Virus record (IMG/VR): IMGVR_UViG_3300028591_000108
Coordinates: 77,914-141,913 of that record
DNA from: a virus
Lineage: Duplodnaviria; Caudoviricetes
DNA: 64,000 nt
Strand: one strand, 5' to 3'
The notes under the pieces are model-generated. The model saw only the letters and a program-made list of their open reading frames with translations. It ran no database searches and was not told the DNA's origin. Below, piece after piece: positions 53,195-64,000 of this stretch; position 1 is the first letter of the stretch, and each line of letters begins with the position of its first letter. A program made the position numbers and the translations under genes.

Positions 53195-55237
53195 ATGAGC
53201 TTTAGTTTATTTGATTAGTATGAATTAAGTGGACGCTTTTGCTATTTTTTAGATTTATGGAATTCAGATTCACGCACGCCTGCGATAAGTAAGGTAAAAC
53301 GTCGATTAGCTCACTGGGCATATGACTCAATGTTTATTCCTATAAAGAATCAATTAACTATAGATAATAACCATAGTAAAGATGATGTAATTGGTCAAGC
53401 TATTGAATTTTTAATCAATGTAGCTCAAAGCGAACGAAATAAAGAAATACAAGTAATTAAAAAATATATTAATGAAATCAAACAAAATCCTATGATTGTA
53501 AATATATTAAATAATCCAAATGCTAATCGTAACGATTTAGTACATTTAATAAATGATTTAGAAACTTTTTCTGCAAATCCAACCAGCGGTACTGACTTAA
53601 AAAATTTTTATATCAAACTAACCTTATTAATTAACTCAATACGTAATTCTATTGAATCATTTAATAAACGTTTACAATAGTTATTAGATAAAAATAGAAA
53701 TTCAACTAGTGATATACGTTCTGATTTTTTTGCTACACGTATAGCTGGAGATATTGATACACTTATGCGAAATTTAACGGGTACAGTTCAACGTGAAAAA
53801 GAAACTGCACTTAGTACGCGAATAGTCAAATTACTAACTGATTACATAAGTAAAATTAGTTTATCATCATCTTTGTTTTTAAATAGTCCAGAGGCCGCAC
53901 TTATCGGTATCATGATTGATTTTGAAAAATTTCTTCAAAATAAATATGACTAGTTAAATATAGCTGATGCGGTAAAGCTTGAAGAAATGGATATTGACGC
54001 TATTTTTGAAGAATATACGCAGCTTCATGATACATTTTTAGATAAATTAATTACTGATAATTAGGAATTAAAGACTACATTAAAATCCATTTAGACAGAA
54101 ATGGGTATTCGTGAATTATAGTAGGAAGAAGAAGAATGCGAGTAGAGGAATCATACTTTAGCCAATTTAAAAAAATCTAAACGTCATTCTACAAATCCAC
54201 GTACCCGCTAGGCCATAAATAAAGTATTACGCGCTAATGGTAGACAAGAAATTAGTAATTATTTACGATGGAACGTAACTACAGATCGGAATAATAGACA
54301 TGGTACTATTTATGAATTAATTCTACCAGTATTAGAACAAGCCCTTAAAGTTGGAGGACATGCTGCAACCGACGTTATTAGTATTGATATAGGCAATATT
54401 AATATAGATATAGATATTAAGCAAGCTATTCAGCAATAGACCAGCAGTATTCGTACCGTTATTGAAGAACAAGCTAAATTATAGAGAAAGGATAGATAGG
54501 ATGATTTAATTGAATAGGCAAAAGCTATGAATAAAAACATTTAGAATTCTATTACATAGCTCAATACTTTATTAAAAGGAAATAAAATTCCAGAAGATAT
54601 TTTTATTTATCATCAATCATTAAAATTATATACCTAGATTGAAGAACATAAAACTGCACAATTTCATGGCCGTGAAATGCAAGCTTTAAATATGATGGAT
54701 AATTTATATGCTGCAGGAGATAATGTCATGCTAATGGATAAAGATATTCTTTATGGTGCTTTATTAAATTTATCAAAATTAGCCATTGGACATGAGCATG
54801 TTACAACTGTTGAAAATTATTTATCAATCTTCGCTGGATTACTCATGTTTGATGATATTTAGACAATGGCATGGGATATCGCAAGAACAACTGCTCATCA
54901 AGTTAATAGTAATGGAGCAGCATATAATGTACACTTATATTTAGTAAATGATATATATGTACCTGGATCACTTGTATTAACAACCATTTCAGAAGCATTA
55001 CGAAATGGATATTAGTAGATTTCTGCTGTTAATGGCGCAAAAGTTACTATTGATACGTCCGGTGCAGACGCTGTTATTCAAGGATGGATTGATGCTAGAA
55101 ATAATGGTGTACCATACACAGAAAATTTATCTTGGGAAGAAGTAGCTGAAAAAGTTATGGCAGGCACAAAGACGCAGATTACTTTTTTATCTTCCTTTTT
55201 TTCTTTTTTAAAAGATATATAGTCTTATATAGGCTAA
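53195..55237 (+). CDS. Large helical orphan protein (about 680 aa, about 20 TAG)
   Basis: RBS GAGGAGG; fragments 53330/53765/54677 share a frame; ends TAA. Confidence 0.75.
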
Positions 55238-55269
55238 TATCATAAAACTTCCTTATGGAGGTGAGACCC

Positions 55270-55716
55270 ATGAATCAAGCATAGCTTGAACACATATTAG
55301 ATTGGCTTATTCATAATTTTGTCCAAGTCTTCCTAATATGCTCCGTTTTCATCCAAATTACCCCTGTTAAATGGAATCCTATTACATCTTTTATTAAATG
55401 GCTTGGAAAACTTTTAACACATGAAATCCAAGACAGCGTAAAAGACATAGCCGAATAGGTAGAAAGTTTATAGGGTGACGTAGATGCAAACGAAAAAGAT
55501 CGTATTCGCTGGGAAATTCTTGACTTTGCTAATTCTTGTCGACACGGGCGCGAACATACGCATGATGAATATCAACATATTGCCGATTTACATGACAAGT
55601 ATAAAGCTCTCTTAAAGAAAACTGGTGATAAAAATGGTGTATTTGATACAGAATACGCTATGATCGATTCTTTATACAAAAAACACTTAAAAAATAATGA
55701 CTTCCTAAATAATTGA
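55270..55716 (+). CDS. Membrane-anchored conserved phage protein (TAG=Gln)
   Basis: TM, then RIRWEILDFANSCR..H..DEY..KNG; missed by ORF track. Confidence 0.7.
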
Positions 55717-55763
55717 CATTCTTTTTAATTTAGTGTATAATAAATTAAAAAGGAGGATGTAAA

Positions 55764-56279
55764 ATGGTTCAAGAAAAACGTAGCGCAGAACAAATTGCAG
55801 CTTTAGAAATTTATACAGATGGGTCATGTAAAAGTTTAGCCAAAATACGTTTTGGCGGCTGGAGCTTTGTCGCTCTACGTGGAGGTGAATTTCAATACCG
55901 GGCTTGCGGCGGCGAACAGGACACCACAAATCAGCGAATGGAATTATTAGCAATTCGTAATGCCTTAGAGTACGCGCGCCTAAACCGGCATCCTAATGAA
56001 CGTGTCATTATTTACAGTGACTCAGCTTATGCTATTAACTGTTATAAACAGCAATGGTATAGCAAGTGGCAAATTAATGGATGGGTTAATTCTAAAGGTG
56101 AAGATGTCGCAAATCAAGACTTATGGATTCAAATTATTCCATACTTTGAAAATTTTTGGTACAGCTTTTCAAAAGTAAAAGGCCATGCTGATAATTATTG
56201 GAATAATGAATGTGATAGATTTGCTCAAGAAGTAGCCCAGGACTTAAAGGATAGTTTCCGAGGATTAAACAATGAATGA
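55764..56279 (+). CDS. rnhA: Ribonuclease HI
   Basis: YTDGS, TTNQRMEL, SDSAY, KVKGHA..N..CD. Confidence 0.9.
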   Translation: MVQEKRSAEQIAALEIYTDGSCKSLAKIRFGGWSFVALRGGEFQYRACGGEQDTTNQRMELLAIRNALEYARLNRHPNERVIIYSDSAYAINCYKQQWYSKWQINGWVNSKGEDVANQDLWIQIIPYFENFWYSFSKVKGHADNYWNNECDRFAQEVAQDLKDSFRGLNNE

Positions 56280-56595
56280 TGAAATTTATGAAGTTGGACG
56301 TAATGAGTACGCCGGCTTAGTAGGAGAAATGAAAACTAACTGTTTTGACATGGAAAAAGCGTATGAAAATGACTGCGTTGTTGTTAAACTGGTTAGTAAA
56401 CGTACAGGTCGAGTAGTTACTAAGCGAGTGATTGATGCAGATTAGAATGAAACTTACTACATATATGAATTACCAGCGGATAATGAAAGACTTGCACCTA
56501 AGAAAATTCGCCAATATCAATTAGAAAGCAAAGAAGAAGTTCAAGCTTTCTTTGATATTCTTAATAAAATTCAAAAGGGTGAGAAACATGATTGA
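56272..56595 (+). CDS. Hypothetical protein (1 TAG)
   Basis: Coupled; TAG at 56443. Confidence 0.6.
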
Positions 56596-56779
56596 ATTAT
56601 TTACCAATATTAATGATAGATTAAAACAGGAAGCCGCAGATGTTTGGAATCTTGCATCTATATTAGCTCCTGAACGCGCTGCGCGGCTCTTATCTGAATA
56701 TACTAAAGCTCACTCTGAAGAGGAATAGGATTTTTTACAATTCTATTTTAACTTACAAATGGAAGTGCTAAAACAATGA
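56588..56779 (+). CDS. Hypothetical protein (1 TAG)
   Basis: Coupled; TAG at 56726. Confidence 0.55.
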
Positions 56780-57336
56780 AACAAACAATTATTTTATCTG
56801 GTAAGTCCGGCTCTGGAAAAGATGTTACTGCTCAGTATATGTGCGAGGCCCTTGAAAAGAGAGGAAAGCGTGTATTATTAATTCATTATGCCGATGCGCT
56901 TAAATGGTTCCTGCGCGATTTTATGGATTGGGATGGTAAGAAAGATGAGGTAGGAAGAACTCTATTACAGCAAGTTGGCACGGACATTGTGCGTGCTTGC
57001 CATCCGAATTTCTGGACCGGCATTGTTGTAGGATTAATTCAGTCTTTTGAGCCGTATAATAATTTTGATGTAGCTATAGTCCCAGATGCGCGATTCCCCA
57101 ATGAAATTGATATCGCGCTGCAGGGCATTAAAAATTGTGTAGCAGTAAGAATTGAACGTAAAAATGAAGATGGCACAGAATGGATTAATCCAGCTCTAAC
57201 TGACGATCAACGTAATCATCCAAGTGAAACTTCACTTGACTGCTATGGTTTTGATTATGTGTTGCATAACGAAGGGGACTTAGAAGAGTTGCGAGCTGGC
57301 GCAGAAGCAATTTTAAAAGACTTATATTTAATTTAA
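56776..57336 (+). CDS. dNMP kinase-like P-loop protein
   Basis: SGKSGSGKD, RTLLQQVGT, DARFPNE, HPSE. Confidence 0.75.
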   Translation: MKQTIILSGKSGSGKDVTAQYMCEALEKRGKRVLLIHYADALKWFLRDFMDWDGKKDEVGRTLLQQVGTDIVRACHPNFWTGIVVGLIQSFEPYNNFDVAIVPDARFPNEIDIALQGIKNCVAVRIERKNEDGTEWINPALTDDQRNHPSETSLDCYGFDYVLHNEGDLEELRAGAEAILKDLYLI

Positions 57337-57349
57337 AGGAGAAATTTAT

Positions 57350-58483
57350 ATGACCAGTAATGAATGGCGCGAATTGGGTATTCAAAAATATTGGGCTCCT
57401 ACAGCATCGGTTTCTAAAGAAATGAAGCGCATGAAGCTTGAAGCCGCCGCAGAGAGTGGCCAATATATTTGGAGTGAAAAATTTGACGGTAATTTCTTGC
57501 GCGGAATTATTACTCCAGATGATAATGTACTGCAAACTCGTGGAATTAGTAAAGCAACGGGACAACTTGGTGAAGTACAGGATAAAGTACTTTTCTGGAA
57601 AGATGTATGCAAAGCATTTACAAAAGGTACTACTGTTCTACTTGGAGAAGGATATATTCCTGGCGGCGTAGATGCCACAGTAGGAGCTGTATTGCGCTGT
57701 TTAGCTCCAAAGGCACTTGCGCGCCAAAAAGAAACTCCTGTAGAATGGCGCATATTTGATGTACTTGCGCTAGATGGAGTAGAATTTCTAGATAAACCAA
57801 TTGAAGAGCGAGTACCTTACATCAATGAAGTTGTCAAACGTATTAATAGTCCTCTCGTTAAAGGGATTGAATTCCACGAAATGAACGAACATTTTTTTGA
57901 TGATGTGGCTACAATTTTAGGCCGTGGTGGTGAAGGTGCAGTATGCTATAAGAAAGGAGTCCTATACACTCCTGGTAAGCGCAGTTCTGCATGGACTACA
58001 ATTAAAGTAAAACAAGAAATTACTTCTGAAGTTGATGCCATTATTACTGGTACTGTACAAGGTGAAAAACTCTATCATGGAGATGACCTTGGACATTGGC
58101 AGCTTTGGGAAAATACTCGCACCGGTCAATTGGTACAAGGAGATTACTTTGGAGAGTACCAGGTTGGTGGTACATATCTACCAGTGTCTAAAAATTATTT
58201 TAATAAATGGCCTGCTGCAATTCAAGTAGGCGTTTATAATAAAGAAGATATTATTATTCCTCTTTGTAAAGTAAGCGGCCTAACAGAAGAATTTAAGACT
58301 GCTTTACGTGACCATCCAAAAGAATGGATTGGTACACCTGTTACAATTACTGGAATGATGGTATCAGAGCGACGTGCTAATGCTGAAGGTGAAGGTATAT
58401 CCATCCGCCACCCAATCCTCAAATCATTGAGAAAAGGTGACCTTGATCCGAAAGATTGTACACTCGCAAAAATTATTGAATAA
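57350..58483 (+). CDS. ATP-dependent DNA ligase
   Basis: EKFDG, GE, IFDVL, EG, K.K; C-terminal OB with RHP. Confidence 0.8.
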   Translation: MTSNEWRELGIQKYWAPTASVSKEMKRMKLEAAAESGQYIWSEKFDGNFLRGIITPDDNVLQTRGISKATGQLGEVQDKVLFWKDVCKAFTKGTTVLLGEGYIPGGVDATVGAVLRCLAPKALARQKETPVEWRIFDVLALDGVEFLDKPIEERVPYINEVVKRINSPLVKGIEFHEMNEHFFDDVATILGRGGEGAVCYKKGVLYTPGKRSSAWTTIKVKQEITSEVDAIITGTVQGEKLYHGDDLGHWQLWENTRTGQLVQGDYFGEYQVGGTYLPVSKNYFNKWPAAIQVGVYNKEDIIIPLCKVSGLTEEFKTALRDHPKEWIGTPVTITGMMVSERRANAEGEGISIRHPILKSLRKGDLDPKDCTLAKIIE

Positions 58484-58514
58484 GCCCGCATATTAGCGTG
58501 GCTGAGGAGGACTT

Positions 58515-59120
58515 ATGGACTTAGAAGAATTATTCGGTGAAGTAGAAAAATTTGGATTTGATCCAATTACGTATCAATACTTTCATCAATTGCTAGATAA
58601 GCGTACTATTATTTTAAATGAGTACGTTACTGATGCAACTGTAGAAAAAGTATATCTTCCGTTAAAAGAATTTGAAGAGGACTATTCTACCGATCCGGTA
58701 ACACTAATCCTAAACTCTTGCGGCGGTAGTGTAGCTAATGGCCTCTACCTCGCGCAATATATTTCGCTATATTCTAAACCACTAAATATTATCGTGCCAG
58801 GCATGGCCGCAAGTATGGCAGGAATTATTCTTGCTGGCGGTGGAAAAAATGAAAATGTAATTCGATATGGTTTCCCTGCATCTTATGTCCTGCTTCATGA
58901 TGGCTATGTAGCACTCGAATCCAGTGAGAGTCGTACAGCAGATGATATTATGGAATTTAATAAGAGCGTGGATGTAGATATTCGAGACTTTATTATTGCT
59001 AATACTAACATAACTCCAGAGATGTACGATGCACACACAAGAAAGCAATGGTTCATAAAAGGTAAAGAACTAATTGATTTGGGAATGCTCGACCATCTGT
59101 ATGGAGTTGATGATAAATGA
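58515..59120 (+). CDS. ClpP-like protease subunit
   Basis: LNSCGGSV, AASMA, LLHDG. Confidence 0.75.
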   Translation: MDLEELFGEVEKFGFDPITYQYFHQLLDKRTIILNEYVTDATVEKVYLPLKEFEEDYSTDPVTLILNSCGGSVANGLYLAQYISLYSKPLNIIVPGMAASMAGIILAGGGKNENVIRYGFPASYVLLHDGYVALESSESRTADDIMEFNKSVDVDIRDFIIANTNITPEMYDAHTRKQWFIKGKELIDLGMLDHLYGVDDK

Positions 59121-60352
59121 TTAAGCACTTTGCAGATACATCTTATATTCTACATGGAGCGGCTGAAGGTCATATCGCCATCAGCCCTTTAACTTTATGT
59201 GAGCTAGAACATATTAAAGGAAATGAACATGAAAGTTCGGAGATTAAGTTCCGGGCACGTGAAGCCATTCGTACAATTATGGAAGGTATCAAATATGAAG
59301 TTATATTAGATGATAATAAAAAGATAGATAAGCTACTAAAGAAATATAGTTTTTTAAGTAATATCAATGACCATCGAATTATTCTTGCCGCTGAAATTTT
59401 CGCGCAAGAAGAGAAAGCAGACATAATCTTTCTTACCTGTGACGCAACGCAATATCAATTTGCGCTTCAGATGCCACATCTTTTGGCCACTTATACTCCG
59501 GCCCGAAAAGCACCCACTGAAGAATGGTGCGGATGGGCTAAGTATTATCCAAATGAGCAAGAGATGTCTATGCTTTATACTGATTCCAAAATGAATATTT
59601 TGAAAGCCAAAACTAATGAGTTTTGCAAGATATATGAAGGAGCAGAACTTAAGGATGTATTATTTTGGACAGGGGAAGAATATCGGCCTTTAAAATATAA
59701 AGATATACGTAATCCTTATATTCAAGAGACAATTAGTCCACGCAACTTAGAGCAGAAAATGGCATTTGATTTGTTACAAAATCAAGATATAAAAGTTAAA
59801 CTGTTGACTAGTGCTTGGGGTAGCGGGAAAACTTTACTTGCGCTCTCATATGCGCTAGAACAAGTACATAAGGGAAAATATCGCAAGCTAATATTTGTAC
59901 GCAATAATATTATTGTTGCAGATACAAATGACATAGGATATTTGCCTGGCGATTTAAAGGATAAGATGTCTATATGGGGTGGCCCATTGGCAGATCATCT
60001 AGGTGGCCCAGATGTACTAGATCAATTAATAGATGATGGAGTTATTGAAATTTTCCCTTTGTCTCATATTCGTGGTAGATCCATTAGAGATGCAATTGTC
60101 ATTTGTGATGAATGTGAGAATATGAACGATAAACTTGTAACACTACTAATGAGTCGTATTGAAGATGGAAGCGAATTGATCTTCTGCGGTGATATCGCGC
60201 AAATTGATCATCATAAGTTTGAAAAAAATAATGGAATTCGCTCAATGTTAGAAAATCTGAGCGGCCAGCCATTATTTGGCGCAGTAAAATTAGTAAAATC
60301 GGAAAGGGGAAATGTAGCTCGCATGTGCGACTTGATGATTCCTCCAGTATAA
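59117..60352 (+). CDS. phoH: PIN-PhoH protein
   Basis: PIN (DTS, ELE, NDHRI); GSGKT, GYLPG, RGRS, DECEN, GDIAQID. Confidence 0.85.
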   Translation: MIKHFADTSYILHGAAEGHIAISPLTLCELEHIKGNEHESSEIKFRAREAIRTIMEGIKYEVILDDNKKIDKLLKKYSFLSNINDHRIILAAEIFAQEEKADIIFLTCDATQYQFALQMPHLLATYTPARKAPTEEWCGWAKYYPNEQEMSMLYTDSKMNILKAKTNEFCKIYEGAELKDVLFWTGEEYRPLKYKDIRNPYIQETISPRNLEQKMAFDLLQNQDIKVKLLTSAWGSGKTLLALSYALEQVHKGKYRKLIFVRNNIIVADTNDIGYLPGDLKDKMSIWGGPLADHLGGPDVLDQLIDDGVIEIFPLSHIRGRSIRDAIVICDECENMNDKLVTLLMSRIEDGSELIFCGDIAQIDHHKFEKNNGIRSMLENLSGQPLFGAVKLVKSERGNVARMCDLMIPPV

Positions 60353-60448
60353 TTATAGGGACGCATTTTGCGTCCCTCTTTCTTTTTATTTGACTTTTTT
60401 TAAATTCTATGGTATAATAAAAGAAAAAGTACTGATTGGGTGATTATA

Positions 60449-61855
60449 ATGATAGTAAATTATAAAGGTAAAACTTTAGAAACTATAAATTATACTTCAG
60501 TAACTGATTCAGAACGGCTAGACCTAAAATCACGTTTCTTTGAAAAACCAGACTTTTCTGAAGTTAAAAAGTAGCTTTAGAAATTATCAAAAGATGGTGT
60601 AATGATGGATAAAGTTACACGTTATTATTTTAAAGAAATTATGGCAAAAACCTTAATTAAAGGTAATAAATGGACGGTAGAAGAAGTATTTGAATCTAAT
60701 GATTTATTAGGAGTTTTTAAGGCCAAAACTTTTACTAATTCACGTATTTTTGATAGTGATGATATAGCTAAAAATCTAGACAAAGCTTTCCGTCTAGGAG
60801 GACATGGCATTGCTAGTTTACCACCATAGTTTCCTATGGCTACTGCAAGAAATATAATAAAAAAATATAATATAAATGATAATTGGTATGATTTTAGCTG
60901 CGGATGGGGAGTTCGTTTGTTATGTGCTATGAGCGAAAAAGTTAATTATTTTGGCACCGACCCCAATTATCTATTGACTGATCAATTAAATTTATTAGTA
61001 TCTGATTATAAAGCAAATATTGGACTAACAACTTTAACTGATATTAGAACCCAAGGTAGTCAAGAATTTATTCCAGAATGGGAAAATACAATGGGATTAG
61101 CTTTTAGTTCTCCTCCCTATTTTGATTTGGAAGATTACGTAGTTGGTGCTTAGAGTTACACCTCCCAAACTTCTTATACCTAGTGGCAAGAAAATTATTT
61201 AATACCTACACTATTAAATATTTATAGATATCTAATAGATGATGGATAGCTAGCAATAAATATTAAAAATAATAAAGCATATAAGTTAGCAGATGATACA
61301 AAAGCTTTAGCTGCAGAATGCGGATTTACTTTAACAGATATAGAATTATTGACAAATAATCAACGAGTAACTCCATCTGGGCCTCTAAATAATGCAGAAA
61401 ATATTTTTATATTTAAAAAAAATCATGAAGTAAAAATTTCTGTGCCAGAAAAGATAAAGGAAAAATTGATTGAAGATGAAGTTAAAAATGCGTCCGAACC
61501 TATATCTATAATAGAAAATCAAATTATAGATATATTTCTAATAGGAGTAAAAAGTAAAAAATAGCTAGAAGATATAAATATTTATAATTCAGAAAATATA
61601 TTTTTGGGAGAAAGATATTTTGCTACTTTTTCTTCTACGATGTTATCTATGATATCATTCTTACAAGATTATAGTTTAAATAAATATGTAGAATTAACTA
61701 AAGATAATGTCATAGAATTATTAGAATATGCAATATATCATCGTGATAATAATAACAGCTTTAAAACTGTAAATAAATTATGTGAAATAGTGGATACTTG
61801 GGATGAAATGGAATCTCAAAATTTTCATTTATTTTTACAAATAGAAAATAATTAA
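60449..61855 (+). CDS. Amino-methyltransferase-like protein with C-terminal extension (TAG=Gln)
   Basis: Four fragments in frame; DFSCGWGVRL and FSSPPYF motifs. Confidence 0.75.
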
Positions 61856-61874
61856 TTTAAGGAGTATAGAAACT

Positions 61875-62123
61875 ATGGAAGACATAAAATTCAATGACCT
61901 CACTCGTGATTTCATAGAAGAATTTATCGCTAAATTACCTAAAGAAGACAAATTAAAATTAAAAGAATATGTTGAGGCAAATCCGCGTGAAAATTCTTCT
62001 AAAACTTTTTCTGTAGTAAAAAGTTATATTTATAGAACATATTTTAAAAAAGAGCCAATAGTAGAAAAGAAAAAGGTACTTTTTTCAGATACTTTAAATG
62101 ATTTATTAAATATGGATGATTAA
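61875..62123 (+). CDS. Hypothetical protein
   Basis: RBS AAGGAG. Confidence 0.6.
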   Translation: MEDIKFNDLTRDFIEEFIAKLPKEDKLKLKEYVEANPRENSSKTFSVVKSYIYRTYFKKEPIVEKKKVLFSDTLNDLLNMDD

Positions 62124-62576
62124 AAATAATTCTTTTATTTGACTTCTTTCTTAAATTATAATATAATAAAATAGGAATGAAATATAAAAGTATTAATTGC
62201 TTGTGAAAAGACTTTAGTATCGCAGAGCACTTTGGAGAAAGCGTATTTAGAGATACTGCCAAGCGCGAGCATTTGAAGAATAGAAAGATAACGTTAGTTA
62301 CTTAACTGAATTAATAATGGTAATAAATCATAAATGCTGGCATTGGGCAGGGAGAACAATGGTAGTAAAGAGAGCTTAACTTACTACTTCAAGACATTAG
62401 ATTAAGGAGAAAAGATATGGAAAACTTGTACGATCAGCTAATTAACGAATATTTTAATCGTCATCCAGATGCAGGACTTGCATGGTGGATGCTACCGTTA
62501 AAAGAACAACCAGAAGGTTTTAAGCTAGAGATGTATGATATTATGTGGGATTTGACGCATAAGGAGACAAAGTAAT

Positions 62577-63125
62577 ATGAAAATTTATTTAGCAGGCCCT
62601 ATTTTTACTTATGGTGACTTACTTCGCAATACGGAATGGGCAAAAAAAATTCGTGATGCAATTCCGGGAGTAGACCTGTATTCTCCTGTAGAAAATACTG
62701 ATATCAATGGAGTTGAAGGAAAGAAGAAATTTGCAGGTTCTCAGGAAATAGCTAATGGAGATAACATTCGCTTAAATAAAACTGATATTCTTGTAGCTTG
62801 TATAGATGGAGATGTTCTTCCCGCAGGAACTTGCGCTGAAATTGGTAAATTTCATGAAAAGATTGAGCGCGGCGACCATAAGTATATTGTTGGTATTTGT
62901 ACCGATAATAGACAAATGTTTCTAACCCATAGTGAAGCTAAAGATAAAGGTGGTGCTGCTTCATTGGGAGAGCAGCAATACAGTTATCAAAACTTATATG
63001 TAACTGGTCTAATTAAACAAGGTGGCATTCTTGTTAGTAATATTGATGATGCCATTGCTTTTATAAAAGAAAAAGAACACGAATTTATTGAAAAGACAGA
63101 TGATTTTATATCTGATTGGAGGTAA
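62577..63125 (+). CDS. Nucleoside 2-deoxyribosyltransferase family protein
   Basis: KIYLAGP, YSP, D..GT..EIG, NLYV. Confidence 0.8.
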   Translation: MKIYLAGPIFTYGDLLRNTEWAKKIRDAIPGVDLYSPVENTDINGVEGKKKFAGSQEIANGDNIRLNKTDILVACIDGDVLPAGTCAEIGKFHEKIERGDHKYIVGICTDNRQMFLTHSEAKDKGGAASLGEQQYSYQNLYVTGLIKQGGILVSNIDDAIAFIKEKEHEFIEKTDDFISDWR

Positions 63126-63131
63126 TGTAAT

Positions 63132-63557
63132 ATGCAAACGACAGATAAAGTTTAGACTAGCGATTCAACCGCAGGAACTAGTACAAGTACTTCTTATACA
63201 TATAAATCTTCTGCTAGCTACTAGAGTGAGAAAGGATGGGAATGTCCTCGCTGCGGCCGCATCAATGCGCCTTGGGTAAGACAATGTGATTGTTCACCTT
63301 CGCCCACTTCTAATTGGGATAAAATTACAGTAAATCCATGTGATGATTGGTGGAAAACTAAAATTACATGTGATGATACTACTCCGGGGGATGAATGGTG
63401 GAGAAAATCTGTAGATACGTTTAGAATTCATCCTGAAGAAATGGCAACCTTTACCACAGCCCATAACTCTACTGTCGGCGGTAGTGACTATAAAGATTCA
63501 GCTACTGGAGCTTGGGTAAATGTTCCTAAAACTTATACTAATTCAGTAAAGAGGTAA
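63132..63557 (+). CDS. Hypothetical protein with Zn-ribbon (TAG=Gln)
   Basis: GWECPRCGRINAPW..C.C. Confidence 0.6.
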
Positions 63558-63561
63558 ATTT

Positions 63562-64000
63562 ATGTTATATAATATTAATGATAAACTTCCTACAAAACGA
63601 CTATTTGTGGCTGCGATGCAGCAGGTTATTGCTTGCTTTGTAGCTACAGTACTAATTCCACAAATTTGTGGAGTACCTATCGCGCCGGCTATGTTGGGCG
63701 CTGCTTTAGGTACATTGCTATATCAGCTAATTACTCGCGGCCAAAGTCCAATGTTTATTAGCTCTTCTGGCGCATTTGTTGCGGCGGTAATGGGTGCTTT
63801 GGCATTAGGAACTGCTCCAAACTACTTAGCAGTATTTATTGGTGGTCTAATTGTATGTGCAATTTATTTTGCAGTTGGATTAGCAATCAATCATTTTGGT
63901 ACCGCTTGGATAAATAAGTTGCTGCCACCTGTTGTAATTGGGCCAATTGTGGCGGTTATTGGCCTTAACCTAGCGACATTTCTACAACCTACTTTCAAAT
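63562..64000 (+). CDS. NCS2 uracil/xanthine permease, 3' partial
   Basis: AMQQVIACF.ATVLIP, PMFISSSGAF, PPVVIGPIV..IGL. Confidence 0.8.
   Translation, partial: MLYNINDKLPTKRLFVAAMQQVIACFVATVLIPQICGVPIAPAMLGAALGTLLYQLITRGQSPMFISSSGAFVAAVMGALALGTAPNYLAVFIGGLIVCAIYFAVGLAINHFGTAWINKLLPPVVIGPIVAVIGLNLATFLQPTFK

Noticed and set aside
3321-62262. Minus-strand ORFs in the track (e.g. 50272..51129, 48326..48787)
   Set aside because: They are shadows of well-supported plus-strand genes or tRNAs, with no recognisable motifs

Overview
This is a 64-kb segment of a large, AT-rich tailed-phage genome. All credible genes are on the + strand. The host is probably a Clostridia-type Firmicute, judging by AGGAGG RBSs and many TTGAC-17-TATAAT promoters. 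The phage reads TAG as Gln (genetic code 15), so the supplied ORF track is fragmented: same-frame fragments join across TAG into full genes, and the genes I traced end in TAA or TGA. Layout: 1-27.5 kb holds TAG-rich virion, tail and lysis genes plus a radical SAM/SPASM pair. 27.6-39.2 kb is an array of about 24 tRNA genes, including an amber suppressor, interleaved with unexplained structured RNAs. 39-53 kb holds apparently TAG-free early-type genes with an RNA end-healing/sealing set (PNK-like kinase, phosphoesterases, nucleotidyltransferase, Rnl2-type RNA ligase) and a TROVE/Ro60-like DUF2828 protein. 53-64 kb holds RNase H, DNA ligase, ClpP-like, PhoH, a methyltransferase and nucleotide salvage genes. 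Three observations stand out. (1) The only tRNA-Trp and tRNA-Gln(TTG) genes in the window are each interrupted in the anticodon (best fit between positions 35 and 36) by a second, tRNA-shaped element. (2) Six copies of a stem-CAGCAA RNA scaffold carry swappable tRNA parts (anticodon stem-loops or circularly permuted tRNA bodies), resembling Y RNAs. (3) The amber suppressor's anticodon arm differs from the spliced tRNA-Trp arm by one base. All annotation was done by eye and no searches were run.
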